Part shown: piece by piece, positions 1 through 12,045 of the stretch
How the letters are laid out: every line of letters begins with the position of its first letter
Position numbering within the stretch: position 1 is the first letter of the stretch
From: Euglena gracilis
Lineage: Eukaryota
Direction of reading: 5' to 3'
Assembly (NCBI GenBank): GCA_039621445.1
Contig: CP154954.1
Location: forward strand, 39,455,816-39,519,815
DNA length: 64,000 nt
Position numbers and translations under genes: made by a program
The notes under the pieces: generated by a model
Seen by the model: the letters and a program-made list of their open reading frames with translations, nothing else
The model's database searches: none
Told to the model about the DNA's origin: nothing

Positions 1-1237
1 CCCCCCAACAGGGTCAATTTTTTCCTCCGGCGCTTCGCGTCGATTTTTTTTGCATTTTTGGCAAATTTTTGCCCAAAAGTGCCCAAAATTGCACTTTTGG
101 TCGTTTTGGGGGGTCAAAAAATTTCGGTCACCCGGACCGCGCCACTGTTTAGGTGGGGGGGGTGTCCCCCCCCCCCCCCCCCCCCCTCCTGGCCCGCAGG
201 AGGGGGGTCCGGACCGCCCCCCCCACCTGTCCTTACATCAAACCCTGATTGCACCACATGTAAAGTTTTTCGAGTACATTTAAATATGCCCCAATTTGCA
301 GGTGATGAAAAATCAATGTCAAGCAACGTTTTTATGGATTCTCATCAACACCGTGCATTTGTATTTTGATGGGGGGCTATGTTTTTTGCGCCTCAAATAT
401 GGGGTTCATTCTGGGCGCCAAATCAAGCATCCCACGGGGGATTCTACAAGCAAATAAACCCAAAGCCCTCGTTTCTCCTAAAACTTGCCATCATTCCGCT
501 GAGCAGACCATGATGGGGTTGACAGATATTCTTGAGGGTGGGAAGCCCAGAAAACCTGGTCCCGGGGACTGGCTGCCAGTTTTGCCACAGCTAATTTTCG
601 GGCATCGAGACATTTCGCCACAAAAATCATGCCCCCAACCCCCCCTTTTCACCTAAAAATTACCATCATTCTGCTAATTCGGGTAGAATAAACACTTGCC
701 GCAAATTATGACAAACCGACAACCTGATCACATCCACACATATACCTGGTGACTGTTTACACCCATTCCCACACATCCGGTAGTTTGAAGCGGGGGGGAT
801 ATGCAACAGTGACCCTCGAAAAGCACGACACAAAAAAAACACACAAAAATGCAAAAAAAAACACGCAAGTTGCAAGTTAAATCCCGTAGGAGGTCCCCCA
901 GGATGCACACTGTCTGCTGGAGAAGACGGAGATAATTTTTTACCTCTGCATTGGAGGAGTTTTCATTGTACAAAATAATATGCAACTTTCTGACCCAAAA
1001 ATGCAAAAGCTTTCACAAAAAAATGACAAGAATTTTGGTCTCGGGGGGAAATTGGAGCCAAAAGATGAGGAGTTTTTCAGAATAAAAAAATTCCAGCAAA
1101 ATCGCCAAAAAAATCACAAAAAAAAACCCGCAAAAATTCATAAGAACCCGCTAAATTTTTTGTTTTATACATGACGAAAAGTGCAAAAAAAACCGCAAAA
1201 AAAGAGCGCGTGTGTTCGCCCCCCCCCCCCTTCAAAG

Positions 1238-1340
1238 GGGCTTCCCCTGGCGGCGGGCTGCTGCCTTGGGCCTCGTCCTCCTCCTCGTGGGCTGGTGGTG
1301 GGGCCGTCCCCGCTATTGCAGCTCCGGGGCAGCCCCGGAG
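1238..1340 (+). CDS. Candidate upstream exon of the papain-fold gene encoding a TM/signal-anchor segment
   Basis: AG at 1236-1237, GC-rich reading GFPWRRAAALGLVLLLVGWWWGRPRYCSSGAAPE. Linkage to exon 3433 is not fully resolved. Confidence 0.45.
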
Positions 1341-2700
1341 GGTGGCTGTGCCCGGGGCCCGACCCTCCCCGGGAACCATTTTGACTGCTGCCCCCCCCCC
1401 CCCTGAGTGAGTCCATGATGATACATGATGTTTGGCGGCGTCGAGGTGCGCCTTAGCGATGGGTTGCCCCCGGGGACGGGACTGCGCTGATTTGCAGGGG
1501 TTTTGCCGTTATCTGTGGGCAGTGCCTCTGATCTTTTCTCCCCCTAATCCTGGTGTTGGTGTGCTGTGGTATGTGCAAGTGCAGTCGGTGTTGACCGGAA
1601 ATTATGTTTGCTGACCTGGCTGCATCGCAACTCTTCGTCTCCACCTGTTGGATTTCTGTGGCGAAACAGGTTGCGAAGTGGGGACCAGAGCGACCCTCCC
1701 TAAACCCACCCAAATAATCAACCCGAGTCCGGGTTTGTGTGATCCATGCTTTCTGGTAGTGGACAATGCTGATTCGTGTGTACTATTTTGGGAGAATTGC
1801 ACTGAATTTGTTCAGCAGAGGTAATTTGTCGGTCTTTGTTGTGTAGGGGACTGGGCTTAAATCCCAAATCCTGAAAAATATGTTTGCAATGCGGCAATGC
1901 GGTGTACACAAAATAGGATCCTTCCCCAAATGACACTCATTTTCGCCCAAAATGTTTTTTATTGTTTTGCCGTACAGTCTGTAGGGATGACAATCATATG
2001 GGAGGGGTCGCTAAGCTCATGTCCGAGCAGAGCTTATCATGGGGCCCTTTTGACCCCCCCCCCTCTCGGGGCCACCTCGGGAGAACCAAGATTCCCGGTG
2101 TGAACCGACTCCCACCCCGGGAACTTTTCTTGGAGAAAAATATCCCCACGGTCCCTCGCATCCAGAGATACCCTTTTGTCATCCTAATTTTGTACCCACA
2201 CGAGATATTCCCATTTTGACAGGCCGAGGTCCAAAAAAGGGACTATAAAACAGGGTCTCTCTGCCAGCCAGAAACTACATATTTTGAAGTAACTCCCCAT
2301 GGCTGCTGAGTCGCAAAGAGGGCCCAACAGAAAAATTCAAACATGTGCAACGCCCTATCCAACCATACCTGGATTTCCTGGAAGCTGCATCTGAATCCAC
2401 AGCCCCGTTTTTTTTTTGCTGTGTTTTTCGACCGTTTTTGGTCCGGTTTTTTGGTGAAAATGGGCTAAAAAAAACACACAATTCTCAAAATATCTCGAAA
2501 ATTACGCAAAATGAAAGAAAACGTTTGAAACGTCAAATGAAGCACTTGGCCCGAGATACGGCACGTTTACGCTGCAAAACAGTGCTGCAGCCCTCCATCC
2601 CTGCCATTCTCGGCCGTTTTTGGGTCAATGAATCAATTTTTCCGCTGAGTAGTCGGGCCGGGCCGGGTGGGGCCGGGCCGGACTGCCAGGCCAGTCCAGG

Positions 2701-3108
2701 CAGGGATCGATGGGAAGCCCTTTGGTTTTGAAGCAGGTGGGGGGTCTGGACCCCCACCCCCCCTGGCAGGTTCCAAAAGTAGCAAATTTTCTTTTCCGGC
2801 ACACAGCGCCGGAAAGTGAGCAAAAAAGTGTTTTTCCTCACTTTTGAGGATATTGCAGAATTTTTGATGTTTTGGTGTTTCCCACATAAAAAGTGTTCTA
2901 AACTTTTGAAAAATGAGCATTTTTTTTAATTTATTTTCAAAGAAAAATCACCGATTTTTTTATACCAATTTTGGCCTGGTATCCGCCCTTTCCCAGTCCA
3001 CAAAATCGAAAATTTTCCTGGCCCCCTTCAGTCTCGAGGTTTGAGGGGGGTCTGACCCACCCCCCTCTATTGGGAGGGGGTCCCCCCAAGGCTTCCCATA
3101 CATCCCTG
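2701..3108. mobile_element. MITE family A (hAT-like TIRs); candidate non-conventional intron 2698-3113
   Basis: Ends CAGGGATCGATGGGAAGCC and GGCTTCCCATACATCCCTG; internally similar to 31303-31824. TSD degenerate. Confidence 0.8.
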
Positions 3109-3432
3109 TGGCCGTTCTGCAGGGCCGCACCGCCGGGCGTGTTGCTTTTGATAACAAAGAGCTCAGCCCGATTCAAAACCTGGTTAACGAAACGACACAA
3201 TTGGCAGAGCTTGCAATTTCTGCCTGTTGGAACGGTGACAAATCATTTTTTGTGGACATGGCCTTCCTCCTCGACACAGCGTTTTGCAGTTTGTTGACGT
3301 GTGGGTGGATTTTGGAGCCTCTTTTTTTTTTGCTCGAATGCTCATTTGCATGTGTGTGGCGTCCCAGGAACAGCTGCAAGCACAATGATGCCCCCCCCTT
3401 CCCCTCGTCCCTCCGCCCCCCCCCCCCCGCAG

Positions 3433-6400
3433 ATCGTGGCGGGGGGCTGCGTCATCTTCTGGGCGAAGCGGCGGTACCTCGGCAGCGCCGCCGGCGCAAA
3501 GTTCTGCCGCAAGGCGGTGACGGAGGGGCCGGAGGCGACCGTCCCGGTGGCCCAGGTGTGGGGCGGCGCTGGCCTGTGAGGCAGTGTTGGGTAGGTAGGT
3601 GTAGGGCAGGGCTGTACGGGAAATCCCGAAACCCGATGGGCGGTGGGTGGGTGGTGGGTCCGACCCCCCCCCCCCAGTTTTCCCGTGCACCTCTGAGGTT
3701 GAAACAAAGGTGGAAACTTGTTTGTGGCCTTCCCCGTGGCACAGCCTTCCCCCGAGGCCGGGGACTCCCACCTGTGGGGTGGCAGGGCCTGCCCCCCCCC
3801 CCCCTGCAGCATGTGCGGGACCGGCTGCGGGAGCTGACGGAGGCGGACCAGCAGCGGCGGAGGCAGCGGCGGGCAGAGGGGGGCGAGGGGAAGGACGCGG
3901 ACAGCGACACCGAGGCGCAGCTCGACGAGGAGGAGATCTTCGGGTCCGGTGTGGTGGTCGCTTGGGTTCCTGGGGGAGCCTTACCCCCCTCCCCGCCCCC
4001 TGATGTTGCTTTCGAGTCGGGAGAGCATCGCCCAGAAAATCAGAGGAATCGGGCAACCAGGTAAACCCAAACCCCCCAAATACCTGGCGAGGTGCCAGGT
4101 TATTGGAACCAACTTTTGGCCCTGCCCCCCCCCCCCTGTCAGGTCATTTGGGCTTTTTTTTTCAGCGTCGTAAAGGAACTTTGCCTGAAAAAGGGGGGGT
4201 GACAAGTTATTGGAACCATCCTTTTTGCCCCCCACCTCCCCGCCAGGTTTTTCGGCCACTGCCAGGAGCAAGGTCCCTGCCAGGTTATTTGGGGGGTGGT
4301 TTACCCTGAATAGATTCCATTTGATCACAGTTTTATAAATTTCTTCCCAGCAAAAGAAGGGAAATTGCAGGTTCTTATACCATCTGCTCAAGCATGCAGA
4401 ACGCGCACAATGCACGTTTTTACGATGTCTCCAGGTGCCTCTAGCCCTTGGTGAACGGTTTCTTGCAGCACGGGGGTAAAATAAATAAGTATTAAGTTGA
4501 TGTATGAAGCTGATATTTTCTTTACCATCACAGAAGGTGTTCCCGCTTGCGTGTTTTTACAAAATTTGCACGGCACTGTTGGGGATGATGACGTTGGAGG
4601 CAATAATTGCAACGACAAAACTACTCAATTGCTGCAGCCTACAAATGGAAATGGAACAAAGATGGAAACTTGAAACGCTTTGGAAATTAATGGGGGGGAA
4701 ATATATTTTTTTCCTTCACCATCTTGCATCTTAAGGATTGGGTTGAATGGATATTGCTGTTGTAATCCCAACAGAAAGGGAAGCGATGTTGAACTGATTC
4801 CCGGCGCAGATGTTCGGTGCTCCAACAGTCGAAGAAAGAAAAAAGCGGAGAGGCCAATTGGTGCCATTCCAAACAACAGATTTATTTCACCATTCTCAAC
4901 TGTCTCAGTGAAACAGCAATGCCATCTCTCTCTTTAGAGCAACGTCAGGTATGTGCTCATGTTTATTGTGATCTTCCCCTGCCCAGGTGTGTGGGGGGTG
5001 GATTTCATGAACCTCCGCTACCGGGATGAGCCCATCAAAAGCGTGGCACTGTACGAGGAGACAATCAAGCCCCGGCCCATCCTGCCGATCATTCACCCGT
5101 ATGTGTTTCACTTCCTGTGTGTTATTATTCAGCGCGTATCCACCAGCAAGCTTGTGAGGCTCCTCATTCCGTTTTCTCGTTTTGGCGATGTGACTCTTTT
5201 TTTCGGGTGCCCTGGTTCTGGCAGAAACCCGTGAAATTCCACGTTTTCGACGTGCCTGCTTACAAGAATCGTTGCTGCCGTCCTTGAGTGTATCGCGATG
5301 GCTGTCCCGATGGGTTACAAATTGGTTGGAGAGCCGCCGGGGGGGGGGGGGCAGCGCCGCTGACCTTTCGAATCGGGCGGCGCAGGTACATCCTGGTGGA
5401 GACGGAGACGTGGATGTACGTGCTGGAGAAGTGGCGGGACGGCGTGGCCATCTCCCGCTTCAAGCGGAAGGTCTGCCCGATGTGCCCCCCACCCCCACCG
5501 ATTTCCACGGGCACCCCCGTGTTCACGGCTCACTTGGGACCCTAACACCCGCTGAAGGACTTTGTTGGGAAAATGAGAAGTGTAGGAATGGGAGAGAGAT
5601 TTGCCATCTGTGAGCTGAGATGTGTGGCTTCTGTGAGACACGTGTGGCTTCCGCTCTCTGCCCAGGTTGAAGCAAAAGTGTGCCTGCCACCAGCCTTGGA
5701 ATGTAGTTAAAGGGCTTCTTTTTAACTTGGAAGGCTTCCCAGGGGGTGGATGTGTCTGGGACCTGACACTCCCTGGGGGGACCGGGGCCGGAGGCCCGAG
5801 TATGGTTTTGCAAAGCACCAAAATCTTTTTGGGGAAATGCCTTTAGACAGCCCGATTTTTCTGGGTGCTCTCCCTCCCCCCCCGCGGGCCCGTGCCAGGC
5901 CGGTTGCATAGGGGACCCCCCTCCGGGGTCTTAAAAAGAAGCCTGTTTGGTTATCCTCCGACCGATATCATTCTTTTCCCCGTTGGTTCAGATGCAGCGT
6001 GCTACACCTGCCATCTTCCACAATGCTTTTGTGGAAGATGCGCTGGATCATTGCGCCGTTGGCCCCGAGAAGGTGGCCCAAGGCTCGTACCAGGGGCAGA
6101 GCGCTCGTTTTTGGAGTGCCGACGCAGCCAATTTCGGCCGAAAATGGCTGAAATATGACGTTTTTTGGGGAGTCCGTTACCAACGTGCTATTTTGCGCCT
6201 CCCGGGCGGTAACTGCTGCGTTTTACGCACGCCCGCCGCAGGCCAAATTGCGTCTGTCTGCCCGGCGCCCTTCGCAACAATTAGGTAAAGGATCGCCGAC
6301 CTCTAGCCGGGGCAGATCGCTCGTTTTTTGGGCACGTACGCAGCCAATTTCAGCCGAAAATGGCCGAAAAAGGAAAGACGACACATCCTTTCTTGACAAA

Positions 6401-9267
6401 GTGAGAATTTATTTTCCTTGTTGTTGTGGTATTTGGCTGTTTGTTTGGGGGGCACGTTGCCTGTATGTTGTTGCCGAGGCGTTTTTCGCAATTCCCCAGG
6501 TTTGTTGATTTATTTTCAGTTTTTTTTTTAACACCTACTACTAGAACTTTCAACCCTCTTCTGCTAAGGAATTTGCTTTGTTAATGCGTTCATCGGATTG
6601 CGTAGCTTCTTCTTTCCCTTGATCAAATGGAAAGTTTTGAAACTTTACTCAAAGCTGAATAGATGCTCTGTTGCCGAACAGCTCGTCTTTTGTCAAAAAA
6701 TGGAACCTAATTCGGCCGAGAGGCAGGGGGGTTCGAAAAAAGGAAAAGGTGTGTGCGAGGTTTAGGTGGGAGGTGTCCCTCCCTCCAGACCGGGGGGGGG
6801 GGTGTCCGCCCCCCCCCCCCACCTGCCAAGGGGGTCCGGACCGACGCGGAGGGTACCTGACCCCCCAAAACAGTTCAAGTTTTTCCTTCCGGCGCTTTTC
6901 ACATTTCGGAAATTTCCGTTGGATCGATCAGCAAGATATCATGCCGCAGTGGGCCCTCCTGCTCCAGCTGAAATTGCGAAAATGAGCCATGGGTCAGCTA
7001 TGGATTCTGTTGAGCTCAGGGTCCATTGCAGCTGGCTGGACTCCCCAAGGGGTCAGCCAGCTGCCCCCCTCCCCCTCCCAAAATGGCACTTTCATTTTCG
7101 GCCTGAGACTTTGCATTGGGCCGAAAACCAGTTACCCACCCAGACCCAGACCGCCATTGTTTAGGTGGGGTGGGGGGACACCCTTCCTTCTCTTCATTCT
7201 GCTTCATTTGAGCAGAAGCCAGCCATGGTCTCAATAAGTTCTTTGTTTTCGCTGCGGTGGTTTCTGTGCATTCTTTTTGCCGGGCAGGATGATGCCGTTC
7301 GCAGCCGGGGCAAATGGTTTGGGCCCGGCCGGCTGTCGCAACGCAAAGCGCCGCACCTCGTCCAGTGTGCCACGCCGTGCTTGCCATGGATTCCGGAGCT
7401 GCGAGTGTGGACTGGCAGTTTGGTCCTTCACATGACCAATTTTGATCAAACCTTTCCTATCAATATTCATGGCATGCAGAGACTCTCTTAGCTCAGGGAG
7501 GTTGAATTTTTCCCTGCCTCACGGGGGGGGGGCAGGTGCTACCCGGAGGGGGGGGGTTCCTCTAATTTCGGTGCAAAGCGCCATTTTTTTTTGGGCCCCA
7601 AAGTTGACCCCCCAGGGTTATACAGGGATTCTCTAAACCCATGGGTGGCTCCCCTGCCACCAAGCCTTCTGTTATGGATTCAACCCCTCTTCGTCAAAGG
7701 CGAGCTCTTCCACTGCGCCCCGGAACACACCCGGACGTTTTGGAACAGCCGTTCACCCCGAGTACTGGCGCAGTGTTTCGGAGAGGATTGCGTGTTGGAT
7801 TTCCAGCACGGCACACCTTTTGCTTGGACGTGCACAGTGTGCCACCGTGTGCGGCACAACCAACCGGATGTGCATGTGTGCAGGGGCAACCCACGACGTT
7901 CCACCATTCTGGGGGCACCGATTTTTTAGCTCAATATTTTCCTTCGGTGTCGAAGGAATTTTCCTTCCAGGGTGCTGTGGTGCGTGGGGGGTGATCACCC
8001 CCGCACAGCCCCCCCCCCCCCCCCAGAGGGCCTAAGGGTGGGTGCAGGGATCCTTAAACTCTGATCCCGTACCTTCCTTCTTCAATCTCAAGACAATTGG
8101 ATCATTTCAACACTTTCAACATAGATCCAACGACCCCAACTCCGATTTGCCATGAGTGGATATGGTTGAATCAATGCGTCGGTGGGAGTGCTGGAGTGAC
8201 TGCCTTTCGGGGGGGGGGTGGAAGTTGCTGATTGGTTTCAAGGCGGTGACTGGCTGGTGATTTGTGAACAAGCGGCAGGGGGTGGGGACGGTGAGCTACA
8301 TGGTATGGCCCGTCTCTTTGGGCGCATTCTTTAAAAAAATTTAAGGGTGATAAGACTTCCCCTGCTTCTCCTTCTCCTTCAACCCTGGAAGACATGCACA
8401 AAGAATGTTCAGAATCCGGAGACCCGCAGATTTGACCCCCAACTGTGGTCCTCAACCAAGCCCCCAACCCCCCTCACGCCCCCCTTGCCGTATGCTGCAG
8501 GTCGACCACCGACGTGCGCCTCACCACTACAGAGCTGCTGTGCTGGGCGATGGAGCACCCAGAGTTCAAGCAATACACCGACCAGGGGTATAGTCTTGGA
8601 CCCCCCCCCCCGGGGGGGTAGGGTGGGTGGGTCCCTTGGACCCCGGGGGGGGGGGGGCTGGTGGGTATATCTTTTTCGGCGCCAAAGGCGCTGAAAATTT
8701 TGAAAAGGTGCTATTTTGGCCATTTTTTTGGCCATTTTCGGGCAAAGGTGGGTGGGTCCCCCTGGAACTCCCCCCTCCCCCCCGGGGGGCCCAGGGAGTG
8801 GGTGGGTGGGTGCTGACCCCCCCTGGTCTTAAAAAAATCCCTGGCACCGACAACTGCCACACCTTCGCCCACGTCCCCCGCCCGGCAGCCCCCGCTGGCC
8901 GCCTCATCCTCGGGAGGCGGCGATGCGTTCCCCTGTGGGTGGGCGGGCGGCTGCTGGGTTGGCCTGCCTTTGGACGTGCTCGGGAGCAACCTGCACCTGG
9001 CGGGGGGGGGGGGACGAGTTTCCCCCGGTGGTGGTCAATTGGCGTTCCGGCGTCCATGCCCCCCATTCTCTTTTTTTCTCACACGCTTTTCTGACCCCCC
9101 CCCCGGCGGAGGGCATCGAAGTCCGGGCACGCCCCGGGAGGCCCGGCGTGCCGAAGGCGCCCCCCCAACCCAATCGGCCGCCGGGCGGGGCCGGCAACTG
9201 CAGCCGCAAGGTGGGCATGGTGAACCCCAACAGCTTCTGGGAGGACGTCCTCTACGACGACTACTGA
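3433..9267 (+). CDS. Multi-exon gene for a permuted papain-fold (PPPDE/LRAT/NlpC-P60-like) cysteine hydrolase, preceded by a hydrophobic segment; N-terminus unresolved
   Basis: Phase-consistent exons 3433-3555, 3810-3948, 4987-5098, 5386-5470, 7288-7364, 8501-8579, 8849-8872, 9196-9267 (TGA). The first five introns are GT-AG; the last two are non-canonical. Joined: IVAGGCVIFWAKRR...PILPIIHPYILVETETWMYVLEKWRDGVAISRFKRKDDAVRSRG...ELLCWAMEHPEFKQYTDNCHTFAHNCSRKVG...DDY*. A His in a beta-strand followed later by F/Y-x5-NC-x2-FA fits permuted papain-like families. Family assigned by motif recognition, not by search. Confidence 0.75.
5710..5945. mobile_element. MITE with CAGGCTTCTTTT-type TIRs, inside an intron
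   Basis: AGGGCTTCTTTTTAA ... TTAAAAAGAAGCCTG; flanks TGTAGTTA and TTTGGTTA (6/8 match). Confidence 0.6.
8580..8848 (+). other. Non-conventional intron formed by MITE 8583-8843 plus one TSD copy
   Basis: CAGGGG...CCCTG flanked by ACACCGAC (8575-8582) and GCACCGAC (8844-8851). No AG acceptor near the 3' end. Removal gives in-frame KQYT|DNCHTF. Confidence 0.8.
8873..9195 (+). other. Intermediate intron: GT 5' end, non-AG 3' end, paired termini
   Basis: 8876-8890 CCCCGCCCGGCAGCC is complementary at 14/15 positions to 9176-9190 GGCCGCCGGGCGGGG, in +4/-6 geometry. Removal gives FAH|NCSRKVG. Confidence 0.7.
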
Positions 9268-9453
9268 CCCGCTGCCCCCCCTCTCCTCCCCCCCCCGGGT
9301 CTGTGGGGTCTGTGTGTGGGGGGCAACGCCCCTCAGTGGGAGGACGGTGGCTGGGGGGATGCGGTAAAGGAGACCGTTGAACGAACGAAGGGGCAACCCA
9401 ACCAGGCTTCTTCTTTTTTTTTTAACTTGGAACCCCCCCCCCCGGGTCGGAGG

Positions 9454-9805
9454 CAGGCAATTGCTTAAGCACTGACCAACCCCTCCCCCCCCCCCCCGGG
9501 GGGGGGGGAGTTTGGTTTTTTCAAAACGACTGACTGGTTTTTGGCCCGGACCCCTCCCCCCCGGGGGGGGGTCGGCCAGGAGTGGGCAAAAGTGGCTTGA
9601 GTGACCCCGGCGCCGAAGGCGCCGGAAAATTTTTTTGGGCCTAAAATGGCCTAAAGTGACTGGAACGTGGCCGTTTTTCTGAGTGGCCGACCCCCCCCCC
9701 CCCCGGGGGGGTAGTGACTGGCTGGTTTTTTGAAAATGAGTGACTGACTGGTTTTTAAAAAAGTGGAGTGACCCCCCCCCACCGGGGTCGGTAAGCAATT
9801 GTATG
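9454..9805. mobile_element. MITE with perfect 8-bp TSD, nested in a larger MITE (~9403-10407)
   Basis: GTCGGAGG|CAGGCAATTGCTTA...TAAGCAATTGTATG|GTCGGAGG. Confidence 0.9.
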
Positions 9806-11619
9806 GTCGGAGGCCCAAACATGGGTCTCAGTGCAATGCGCCGGAATTTTTTTTGGGAAATACCCTTAGACAGCCCGATAATGGTTAGGGGGTATCCCCG
9901 CCTGTCTTTTGCTTAAAGGTTCACTGTACCCCCCCCCCCCCCAGGGTGGACTACGGACTACAGCTAGTCCAAATTGGCCAGTGGAAATGCTCAGGGACCT
10001 GGGAGGACCGCTGGCAGGGCCAGTGCTGGAAAACCCTTTCTAATAACCGGCGTGAAGCGCCGAAAAAATTTTGAACCCCAAAAACCGGCCAAAAATGCCC
10101 ATTTTTGGCCAGCTTTGAGATTTTTCTGGAACAAATTGGCCAAAAAACAATGCATTTCACACCCGATTTCCACCGATGGTGGAGAGCTACGGATGAATTT
10201 TTTTCCATTCGGGACCCCTCCCCCTGGGGAGGGGGGTCTAGCTAGTGCCTCTTTTCCAGTGTCTAGTAAATGGCTAGCCAGCGCCCCCCCCCATCCTTAA
10301 GCAAAAGCCTGGCCCACGCCCCACCTCCCCGGGGGGGGGGGGAGGGGCCATTCTGCACCGGGCCGGGTGGGTGGGGGGACCCCCCGGGTGTCTTAAACAG
10401 AAGCCTGGACCCCACCACCAGACCCTCCTCCAGGCCCACCATCTGTTATGTTCTCTGACCCAAGGCATCGTAACCTTCATTCCTGTGACCTCAGGCTCTT
10501 CCTGACCTGCCACAGCAAACCTCCTTCAGCAATCACCAGGGTTGACTGGGACTCCCCAAAAGCCAACGGTGGAGGGTCAGGGTTTTGGTGCTTTCCCCGC
10601 AGACTGCAGGAAGGTCCAGATCACACCCCCATGACCACCAAGGGGGTCCAGGCCAACCCCGAAACGCCCCAAAACGTGCGTATTTCTTTCCAGTGTTTTG
10701 CGCAAACTTTTTTTTAAAAAGAGCACCTTCCACAAAATTTTGCCCAATTTTTTGCCTGTCAGAACCGATTGACCAGCGCAGAATCATAGAATTTCCTGAG
10801 ATTTCCACTTTTCCCCTGCCACTGGTGTCCTCCACTCCATCCTGATAGGCGGGGCAGGTTCCCACGCCTTCCATTCTTTTGGTGCCTCAGAAATTCTCTG
10901 GTCAAAAAAATATCAACGTTTTTCGTCGCAAAGTGCTATGGTTGGTGGTGGGTGCACCCGGCCACCACCAACCATTTTTGGTTCCCGCATTTTGGCATTT
11001 TGGTTCCCGCAACTCTGGCAATGGCGCATTAGACCACTCTGAACCCTTTTGACTGCATTAATCACCGGCTGCTGGGCTGCTCTCAAATTCTTGGGCTAAT
11101 GATGATAGAAGCTATGCGGAGGTTTTTTTTTCTTCAAATGTGAGTGATTCACAGAAGGTCTTTCAAATGGATTGGATTCCTCCCATTTTAAACCCAAGGT
11201 TCCTCACCCGGGCAAAAATTGATGGGAAGGAAATTCGTCATTTTTTGAATATGAATGCTTTTGTGCATTTTTTAATTTGGAGTTTTATGGGTTTCGGTGA
11301 GGGTGTTGATTGTGGTGAGTTATGGTCACTTCACAATGAATATTGCAAAGAATGAATAGCAGAAGAATGTCTGCAACTCCAAAGCATTCTGAAATCAGCG
11401 AAAACAACGCAAAGTAGGGGAATTCCCTCCTAGCGGGTGAGTCTAAGTAATCCGGCATGGACGACCGCCAAAAGGCAACGTTCATGACATTTTTTTTTTA
11501 GAAAAAGGAGATGCCTTTTGAGTGCACCTCCACGGCCCAACGTCATTTTTTTCCCCTGTAGTGCTGTGCACCGTGCTCATTTGGAGGGGAGACGATCAGC
11601 AGGATCAACACCATACCCG

Positions 11620-12045
11620 CCCTCCCCCCCCCCGGGCAATTGACGCCCCCGGGCAATTGTCACCCCTGGCTGTGCCGGCCAATTTGTCACCCCAGGAAAT
11701 TGTCACCCCCCTCTGTGCTGCCCAATTTGTCACCCCCCCCCCCACAGAAGATGTTTGTGAACTTTCTTTTCGCCGGCACGGCTCGATTGATCCTCACCAA
11801 ATGCTCTGCACAATATCACAACCATAGCTGCATTTTTGCGGGTTCACTGGTGTTTCAGATGGTGTTCTTGGTCATTTGGATTTAATGTGGCCTACATGGG
11901 TGGGCAATTGACGTCCCCGGGCAATTGACGCCCCCGGGCAATTGTCACCCCCCTCTGTGCTGGCCAAATTGTCACCCTGGGAAATTGTCACCCCCCTCCG
12001 TGCTGTCCGATTTGTTGCGCGACAATTGCCTGGGGGGGGGCGGGT
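11620..12045. repeat. Tandem/inverted GGGCAATTG(A/T)C(G/A)CCCC repeat element
   Basis: Repeated CAATTGACGCCCCCGGG and AATTGTCACCCC units in two clusters. Confidence 0.6.

Noticed and set aside
5992-6072. AG/GT-bounded phase-0 81-nt candidate exon (MQRATPAIF...)
   Set aside because: It is not needed, since RFKRK|DDAVR reads as a continuous domain, and it lies beside a local repeat. Inclusion cannot be excluded.
9121-9198. Small GT-started stem intron after a 9-nt exon
   Set aside because: The same 3' arm pairs better (14/15) with 8876-8890 and gives a more motif-like product.
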